DNA of 64,000 nt from Dictyostelium discoideum (taxonomy: Eukaryota): assembly GCA_000004695.1 (NCBI GenBank), contig CM000150.2, positions 3,680,001 through 3,744,000 of the forward strand, written 5' to 3'. Positions 55,940 through 64,000 of the stretch are shown here, one piece after another. The position numbers and the translations under genes are program-made. The notes under the pieces are model-generated. The model was not told the origin of the DNA. It worked only from the letters and a program-made list of their open reading frames with translations, and searched no databases. How positions within the stretch are numbered: the stretch's first letter is position 1; every line of letters begins with the position of its first letter.

Positions 55940-56783
55940 TTTTTAATCGATTAATTATTTTACTATAATAAATAAAATAAAAATAATAATAAATATAAAA
56001 TAAATTTGTTTATTTATTTATTTATTTATTATTTTTTTATTTTTTGTAAAAAAAAAAAAAAAATAATAACAAAATTATTTTATTAATAATTTAAAAACAA
56101 TTAATTAAAATTTTAATATAAAATAATTTTAAAAAAATAAAATAAAATAAAAAAAAACAAATAATAAAATAAAAAAAAAAATAATTACATTTTAAAAATG
56201 TGGGGGTATTTATTATTTATTTGTTTTTATTAAATTTTCCAAATTAACAATAAAATTAATATCACAACTAATTTATAGTAATTTATTTTATCTCTTTTTA
56301 TTTATTTTGATAATATGATTATATTAAATTTTTTTTATTTTATTTTTTTATTCCAAAAATTATTCTTTTTTTTTTTTTTTTTATTATTTAAACACACACA
56401 ATATTTCTCTGAAAAAAATTCAAACACAATAAATTTGAAATATTTGTTTTTTTTTTTTTTACCATTCAACTTTACACCAACTTCAAAAATTTGTTTTTTT
56501 TAACTTCCTTTAGCAAACACATAACTGAGTAGTCTTTTTTATTTTTAACTTTAATTTATAATAATAAAAATAAAAAAAAAAATAAAAAAAAAATAAAAAA
56601 ATAAAAATAAAAATAAAAATAAAAATAAAAATAAAAAAAAAATAAAAGGATACAATATAGAATTACATTTATACAAAAAGTTTATTATTACTATAATTTT
56701 ATTTATTTTTTTTTTTTCTTTTTTTTCTATCGCTTTTTTTTTTTTTTTTATTAATATTATTATTTACTATTAAAATTTGAATT

Positions 56784-57308
56784 TTATGAACAAGTTGATT
56801 TTTCAGAATTATTTGAAGGCATTGGTTTACCACAACCACCACCACAACAAGTAGTTGGTTGTTCATCATCAATTTGAATCTTTCCTCTCTTTTTTCTTTG
56901 TGGTGGTTGATCATTTACAAATTCATATTGTTGGTATGACTTTGTATTTTCATCAAATTTAAGTTCTAAATTTATTATAAAGTAAAATAAACATTAATAT
57001 AATGTTTGGGTTTTTTTTTTTTTTTTTTTATTTTTATTCTTCTAAACTAATTTAAAAAAAAACATACGAATGGTTTTTTCATCTTTTCTAACACCTTGAA
57101 TTAAATCTTTAACTAAAAAATGAGAGACAGCATTTGCATGATCTATCATTTCATTAATTTTTGTATTATCTGTTTCATTTTTATTATCTCTAAATTGAAC
57201 TCTTGTTAAATTGATTACATGTTCAAGTGCTCTTTTATCATTTTGAAATACCTTTTTCTCTGTTCTTAATAAACCTAAATAGCTAGATAAAACTTTTGCT
57301 CTATTCAT
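56784..57308 (-). CDS. LYR-motif (Complex1_LYR family) protein with Cys-rich C-terminal tail; join(57308..57068,56965..56784)
   Basis: ATG at 57308 gives MNRAKVLSSYLGLLRTEKKVFQNDKRALEHVINLTRVQFRDNKNE... (L-Y-R...F tripartite motif). Donor GTATGT (57067..57062). A 102-nt intron ends AATTTAG (56967..56966). Exon 2 QLKFDENTKSYQQYEFVNDQPPQRKKRGKIQIDDEQPTTCCGGGCGKPMPSNNSEKSTCS*. The 5' part of the ORF-track ORF 57042..57557 is poly-K/F read from poly-A. Confidence 0.5.
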
Positions 57309-57737
57309 TATTACAATAATATACTTTCGGCTGTTTTTTTTTTGAAAATGAAAAAAAATAAAAAAAAAAATTAAAAAAAATTTAAATATTGAAATAAAAA
57401 AAAAAAATAAAATAAAAAATAAAATTAAAAAAAACAAAAAATCCAATTTTCCCATTTTTAGGATGATTTTTATTTTCATTTTTAAAAAAGATAATTTTCT
57501 TAATTCGAAATAAAAAAAACAAATAAAATAAAATAAAATAAAATTACCCTTACACAATAAAAAAATATAAGATTAGATAAAATAAAATAAAAAAAAACAA
57601 CAAATAAATCAAATTTCCCATTTTAAGGAAATGATTTTTATTTTTATTTTTATTTTTATTTTTATTCAAAACAAATGATTTTCATTTGAAAAAAAATGAA
57701 AAAAATAAAAAAAAAAAAATAATAATAAAAATTATTA

Positions 57738-59165
57738 TTAATTATTATTAGAAAAAACTAAATTACCTTTTTTAAATACATGGGAAATTGGTGGATCAAC
57801 CATTTCATAAATGATATGTTCCCATTTATCAGCAGATAATATAACAAAATCAGCAAATTTACCAACTTCTAGTGAACCATGAGTTGAAGATTTATTGATT
57901 GAGGCAGCAGCATTTAAGGTGGCAGCAACTAAAGATTCGTTCATATTCATTTTCATGAGTACACACGCTAAATTCATAACAAAAGGCATTGATAAACAAT
58001 GAGCATTTGGATTGAAATCACTTCCCAATGCGACTGGTACACCTAATTCAATCATTCTTCTAGCGGGTGGACATTCCAATCTTAAGATGTAAGCTGTGGT
58101 TGGTAAAAGTACAGCAAAGGTTGGAGTGGCAGCCATTGCCTTCATACCATCTTCACTAACCTTCTCAAGATGACTAATTGCCCTGCAACCCAACTCACCT
58201 GCCAATTCACCAGATTTCATATAGGATAATTCATCGCCATGGAAATTGCACTCCAATCCAATATCTTTACCAGCTTGAAGGATACGTTTAGTGTCTTCAT
58301 ACTCAAAGAAACCTTTCTCAAGGAAGACATCGATATTAGCTGGCGATATTTCCCCAGCGTCTTTTAATCTCTTCAATTCTGGTATCTGTTTATTGATGAT
58401 GTCGTCGGTGGCCTCGGATGCATTCATACCCTTTGGGATTGCATGGCCGCCTAAATAGGTGGACACGATTTCAACACCTTGAAATTGTTTAGATGCTCTA
58501 TCTAACACTTTCAACATTTTCATCTCGGTTTCAGTCTCTAATCCATACCCACTCTTTGCTTCAATCAATGTTGTACCATTCTTTAACATTCTATTCAATC
58601 TTGGTATTAAAAGTTGATAAAGTTCATCCTCTGTACTATTTTTAGTATGTGAAATAGTGAATTGAATACCACCACCTGCTTTATGAACATCTAAATAGGT
58701 TGCTCCTGCTAATTTCATTGCAAATTCATGAACACGATCACCACTAAATACTGGATGTGTATGTCCATCAACAAATCCTGGTAATACAGATTTTCCTGTA
58801 CAATCTAAAACTTTTTCAAAACTTTTATCTTTATATTTCTCTTCCATTTCTTTAAATGTACCAATATCAAAAATAATACCATTTTCATCAATAATCATTG
58901 TACCATTTTCAATAATTTCAATCTAAAAATTTTAGATTTAATTGAAAATAATAATAATAATAATAATAATAATTTATTATAGTAGTAAAAAAAATTAATA
59001 AATTGGTTTTTTTTTTTTTAAATTTTTTTTTTTTTTTTTTATATTTATATTTATATTTATTTATCATACATTACTCATTTCTTTACCAATTAAAAATGGT
59101 TTACCTTTTGAAATCACAACTAATTGTGATGCATTTGAAATTTTTAATTTAAAATCGAATCCCAT
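57738..59165 (-). CDS. hutI: imidazolonepropionase (HutI, histidine degradation step 3); join(59165..59070,58922..57738)
   Basis: Exon 1 MGFDFKLKISNASQLVVISKGKPFLIGKEMSN, donor GTATGA (59069). A 147-nt intron ends TTTTTAG (58924..58923). Exon 2 IEIIENGTMIIDENGIIFDIG...PGFVDGHTHPVF...KSGYGLETETE...HGDEL...DFNPN. The metal-binding HxH, the carboxylated-Lys region and the C-terminal D/H of the amidohydrolase fold are all present. Confidence 0.8.
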
Positions 59166-59249
59166 TTTTTTAAATTTATCTGTTTAGTTGTTTAAATGAA
59201 AATTAGAAAAAAAAATGAAAATGAAAATTTAAAAAAAAAAAAAACAAAA

Positions 59250-59289
<40 letters not shown>

Positions 59290-59426
59290 ATAGAAAAATA
59301 AAGTAAAAAAAAAAAAGTTACCAAAACAAATAATTCCACATAAAATTACATTTCACCACATTTTTGCAGAAATTTTATATGCAGCCAATCTTTTTAAAAA
59401 TATTTAATAAATCTTTCTTAATTTTT

Positions 59427-59466
<40 letters not shown>

Positions 59467-59814
59467 CAATGATTTAATTTTATTTATTTTTAATATGGAT
59501 TTAGTATAGATAAATAGAACACTCAAAAATACACAAAATGATATAATAATGGTATTAAAATGTGAAATTTTCTTTGCTGTGATAAAAAATAATAAAAAAA
59601 AGTATGACCTATTAATTTTTATTATTGTTTTTTAAATAAACCTTAAGCTGTACTTATTAAGAAAGGCTGTTCCAGTGCTGTTTTTCGGCTAAATTTAATT
59701 CTCTTCTTTTTAGGTAGGTTACCAAAATCCTATTCTTTTACTTTTTTTTAAAAAATATACTATTGAATATTGTATTGGTAGATTAATAATACAGCACAGC
59801 AAAGAAAATCCAGC

Positions 59815-60185
59815 ATTAAAATGACATTTAAAATAAAATGTAATTTAAATGATATTTTTAATATCATTTAAATACCATTAAAAATTAAATGATATTTTTA
59901 ATATCATTTAAATACCATTAAAAATCAAATGTCATTTAAATTTTATTTAAATGATATTATAATTAATAATATAGTTAAAATATAATTAGTAATATAATTA
60001 ATAATATAATTTAAATTACATTTACCATTAAAATGATCATTAAAATGAAAATTAATATTAATATTTTAAATGATATTATATTGTTAATTTTTATATAATT
60101 TAAAATTTAATTAGTAATAAAATTAATAATATAATTTAAATTACATTTACCATTAAAATGACAATTAAAATGAAATTTTAAGGGA
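59815..60185. repeat. complex AT-rich array of short tandem and inverted repeats
   Basis: A 39-nt unit aaatgatatttttaatatcatttaaataccattaaaaat is duplicated in tandem (about 59847 and 59886). Each unit holds a 10-bp perfect palindrome aaatgatatt/aatatcattt. Inverted pair aaatgacattt (59821) / aaatgtcattt (59930). A second, roughly 50-nt unit taatataatttaaattacatttaccattaaaatga(t/c)(c/a)attaaaatgaaa occurs at about 60003 and about 60127. Confidence 0.6.
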
Positions 60186-60689
60186 AATTTAAAGTTAAAT
60201 TAAAAATTTCATTATTAAGAATATTTAAATGTTAACAAATTTGTTCTAAATTGTTTCATTTAGTTTAAATTTTTTTCCACTAAAAATAATATAAATATAA
60301 TTAAAACAGATAACGAATTCATTCAATGTGAAGTTAGGAAAATAAAAAAAAAAAAATAAAAAAATAAAAAAATAGTATTGAATTAAAAACAAATTAAAGT
60401 TTTCCATATCCATGAAAAATTAAAATAGTTTTATATTTTTATTTATTTTTTTTTTCTTAATATCTATGATGCAAGGAATTGGAATTTTTAAGAAACATTT
60501 AGAATAAAATCACCAACAGGGAATTTTGGTCAAACTTTAAATTTTTTTTTTTTTTTTTTTTTTTTGTAAATGGTAAAATCCATATCACTTCCAATTAAAG
60601 ATTAATTAAAGTTATTAACTTTTAATAATTATTTTTTAAAATTTTAAATAAAAAAAAGTAATTTATATACATATATTTTATTAATAATA

Positions 60690-60757
<68 letters not shown>

Positions 60758-60758
<1 letters not shown>

Positions 60759-62851
60759 TAAGCTTGAGATTGTTTATCATCATTATTATTATGATTATTT
60801 AATATTGAAGATGGTTGTTTATCTATTGAAGATGACTCAATTTCATTTGAGTTTGAATTTGAGTTTGATTGATCAATCTTTTTTAAAGAGATTGATTGAC
60901 CTCTTGTTTTTCTAGTTTCCCTTGTTTTTTCTCCACTTGATCCTGATGAATTTGATGAAGTACTTGATTTTTTACTTGGTACTGGAGTATTTCCCCATTT
61001 GATACCAACTAAATGTAATAAATAGTTGAATCTTTCAGACTCTCTATAAATAGTTGCAATATGAGGATCAATACCTAACCCAAATAAAAGAAGTATACCA
61101 ATAATTGACATACAAAAAGCATTCATATATCTAAGACCAAATCTTGAAAATTGAATTCTTGGACATTGATCATTTCCTTTTTCTAATAAACAATATACCC
61201 ATTTTTCAATTGCATCATAAAATACTTCACCATTATACGATACATATAATGGATACATTGATGTAAATGAAATACAAAATAAAATTACTAATAAAAATGT
61301 AACTGATCTTAACTTTAATAAATAAATAAAATTAATAAAAATTAATAATTCTATATATATAATACACAAAAATTTTAATTTAAAATTAATACTTACATTT
61401 AAAAATAAAATTCTTCTATCATTTATTGATTTAAATAAAACAGTCATTTTAAATACTTTATATATTGATGATGTAATAAAAATAACCATTAAAAATGTTA
61501 CAATATATGCTGGTACTATAATTATAATTTTTTAAAAAAATTTAAAAATTTTAGTAATGTTAATTTAATTTTAAAAAATAAATAATTAATACATACTATA
61601 AAAACAAAAATATAACCAAAACCTATTATTATATTCACCAATCCAACAACCTGCACTATCAATAGTAGATTCATAATGTTTTATTGGTAATAAAGCAAAG
61701 AAAAAAATTAATGCCCAAACTCCAATTGATGTTTGTAAAAAGTATTTATTTGTTTCTAAAATTAAAAAAAATAAAAAAAATAAAAAAAAAATTAGATAAT
61801 TATTAATTTACTATTATTTTTATTAATTTTTAAAAAATTTATACTTACTCATATTAATAGTTAAAAAGAAATCAAATGAATAAAGTGATAACATAAATAT
61901 AGTACCTAAACCACCCATTTGAAAAAAAAAACCAGTTAACATACAATTACCATCTTGACTACTACGATATCTACCAGGTTGTGATGAACATCTAAAATCA
62001 CCATTACCATATTGTTGAGTTGCATAACTTGCACATAATGCTAAAACTGTAAATCCCAAATAAATGATAATCCAACTACGATGTGTAATTTTATTTTGAA
62101 TTAAACCAAATGTAAGAATTAAATAAACTGCAATTGTTGCAGATACACAATAAAATACAACTTCAGTATAAAATTTTGCATCATATTGTTTGTCTGTATA
62201 AACATATAATGGACAAGGTAAAACACAATTTGGCATTACTTCATGAAACTTTTCACCATTTTTTATATCATCTGTTGAAACATAAACCAATGGATAAACA
62301 CATGAAACTGTGGTATTGGTTGATCCTTGATTTGGATTTGAACATTGAATTGATTGATTTGAAGAACCACCATAACTTGTTAAATTATAATAATTCTCTG
62401 TAATTGGGTAAAGATCCTTACCATCGGTATCATTTTGTTGACATGAAAAACCTTGGAAAAATGAAAGAAAAGGTACACATGTTTCTAAAACTTTAAAACA
62501 ATTCTTTTGACATGGATTCGATGGTAAAGGGAATGAAATACCATTTATATTACTATTACATTCTCTATAGGTTGAAATACAAAATAATTTAATTATATTC
62601 TCTTTACAAATTAAATCTGGAATTGCACTAAATCCCATTGGATTTGTTAAAGTTGCTGTAACATTTGCTTCAATAATTTCTTGAGTATATCCATATGGTA
62701 AATAAATATTTTTATAACCTAAATAATTTGAACACATTGAAATTGGATTTAATATTTCACATTTTGATCCAATATCTAAACTATTTACAAATAATTTTTT
62801 TAAAAAAAAAAATTTTAAAAAAATTAAAAGAATTTTCATTTTCATTTTCAT
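60758..62851 (-). CDS. Frizzled/Smoothened-like (fsl-family) 7TM receptor with N-terminal Fz cysteine-rich domain; join(62851..61849,61755..61597,61515..61397,61312..60758)
   Basis: Exon 1 has a signal peptide, a 10-Cys CRD ([16 protein letters not shown]...[20 protein letters not shown]...[12 protein letters not shown]) and TM1-3; donor GTAAGT (61848). Exon 2 has TM4 and ECL2 (..DSAGCWIG..), donor GTATGT (61596). Exon 3 has TM5; donor GTAAGT (61396), an 84-nt in-frame intron, acceptor TTAAAG (61314..61313). Exon 4 has TM6, the Cys-containing ECL3, TM7 and a Ser-rich tail. If the 84-nt segment were retained it would add an eighth hydrophobic segment. Confidence 0.65.
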
Positions 62852-63170
62852 TTTTTTTTTTCTAAAAATAATTTATTTTTGATGTTGAATTGTGTTTAAA
62901 TGTATTTTTAAAAATAAAAATATAAAAATATAAAAATATAAAAAAAAAAAAAAAAAAAAAAACTAAATTTCAGCAACACGTTTTACGTATTTTTTTTTCG
63001 TTGATCAAATTTTTGTTCGGCATTTCATTTTATAAAAAATCGACCAAAAAAAACCCACTTATTTTTAATTTTTCAGATAACAAATTCAATAAGTCATCAA
63101 AAAAAAAATAAAAAAAATAAAAAAAAAAATAAAAAAAATAAAAATTAAAAAATCTATAACTGGTTGTAAG

Positions 63171-63215
<45 letters not shown>

Positions 63216-63579
63216 GGGCAAGATATTTTCATTTTTTTTAAAATAATTATTAATTATTATTTTTAATATCTTACCCATTTTTTTTTTTTTTTAAATAATA
63301 ATAATTAATTAATTATTTTATTTAATTTTTATTTTTTTATTTTTTTAAATAATAATTCAATTAATCAATTATCCATATCTATTTTTTTTTTTTTTTTAAT
63401 TATTTAGGGATAAAAAATTTTAAATAAACAAAAAAAAAATATAAAAAAAGATATTTTCAGATTGATTAAAAAAAAAAGTTGAAAAAAAAAGTTGAAAAAA
63501 AAAAATGATAAAAAAAAAAAAAAAGTTGAAAAAAAAAAAAAAAAAAAGTTGAAAAAAATTGATTAAAAAAAAAAAAACG

Positions 63580-64000
63580 ATGGAACCAATAATAAATGAA
63601 AAAAAAGAATTAAATTTTTTAGAAAAAGATATTATTGAAGCAGTAAATAAATATCCAACACCATTTCATATTTATAATGGTGATAAAATTAAAGAGAATG
63701 GTGAATTATTAATGAATAGTTTTAAAAAATATTTCCCAAATTATAGAAATTATTTTGCAGTAAAAGCAACACCAAATCCATCAATTTTAAAACTATTAAA
63801 AGAAATTGGTATGGGTGTTGATTGTTCTTCATTAGCTGAATTAATATTATCTGAAAAAGGTAAATAATAAATAATAATAATAATTAATTTAAAAAATAAA
63901 AATTTTATTAATTATTTTATTTTATTTTTAGTTGGATTTAAAAATGAAGAAATTATGTTTACATCAAATAATACAAAATCAGAAGAATATAAAAAAGCAT
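63580..64000 (+). CDS. PLP-dependent Orn/DAP/Arg decarboxylase-fold enzyme (ODC/DapDC-like), 5' part only, continues past the window end; join(63580..63859,63932..>64000)
   Basis: MEPIINEKKEL...PTPFHIYNGDKIKEN...YRNYFAVKATPNPSILKLLKEIGMGVDCSSLAELILSEKG at donor GTAAAT (63860). A 72-nt intron ends TTTTTAG (63930..63931). It continues VGFKNEEIMFTSNNTKSEEYKKA... The FAVKA (PLP-Lys) and G.G.DC.S..E motifs are typical of the alanine-racemase-fold decarboxylases. An earlier ATG at 63559 lies in a poly-A run and is less likely the start. Confidence 0.55.

Noticed and set aside
56699-56914. 71-aa minus-strand ORF MINHHKEKREERFKLMMNNQLLVVVVVVV
   Set aside because: Wrong frame of LYR-gene exon 2. The correct frame (QLKFDENTKSY...CCGGGCGKP) is joined to exon 1 by a canonical GTATGT...AG intron.
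57309-57557. 5' extension of the LYR ORF (MCKGNFILFYFICFFYFELRKLSFLKMKIKI...)
   Set aside because: Poly-F/K translation of poly-A/T promoter sequence. The conserved LYR motif begins right after ATG 57308.
63559-63579. Upstream ATG (MIKKKKT) as start of the decarboxylase gene
   Set aside because: It lies within an A18 run typical of 5' UTRs. The second ATG (63580, MEPIINEKKEL) is preferred, though this is not certain.

Overview
The window reads as Dictyostelium-type nuclear DNA: about 75-80% A+T, long homopolymer A/T runs, (AAT)n/(CAA)n tracts translated as poly-Asn/Gln, and short AT-rich introns with GTAAGT/GTATGT donors and (T)nAG acceptors. It is not prokaryotic, so no CRISPR arrays or operons are expected, and no tRNA or rRNA gene was found. 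I hand-spliced about 25 protein-coding genes. These include FBPase, an SSSCA1-like tandem Zn-ribbon protein, RRP7, an ARL6IP4-like RS protein, a secreted mucin-like protein, a C2-domain protein, an FSH1/OVCA2 hydrolase, a Pmp3 proteolipid, a VASt-domain tail-anchored protein, MCM-binding protein, a giant GLI-like C2H2 zinc-finger protein, an LPLAT acyltransferase, COA6, a Rho-family GTPase, a LYR-motif protein, imidazolonepropionase, a Frizzled/Smoothened-like 7TM receptor, an M1 puromycin-sensitive-type aminopeptidase, and the 5' part of an Orn/DAP decarboxylase-fold enzyme. The most notable locus is a 15-kb cluster at 33.3-47.9 kb holding three paralogous gdt-like receptor genes. Two are transmembrane proteins with a kinase or pseudokinase domain, and one is a GPI-type, kinase-less version between them. 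The two kinase-bearing copies share a roughly 100-nt near-identical patch that looks like a gene-conversion tract. Other accessory content: an inverted, truncated 97%-identical copy of the aminopeptidase 3' end; a spliced but decayed Harbinger/PIF-type DDE transposase relic with flanking short repeats; a frameshifted Cys/His-rich pseudogene in a GC-richer island; a tandemly duplicated 110-bp hairpin-plus-T-run unit; a 150-nt polypurine tract inside a zinc-finger-gene intron; and several ORF-free GC-normal islands that could be ncRNAs. All coordinates were derived by hand from the printed sequence, using the ORF track as anchors, so splice sites may be off by a few nucleotides.
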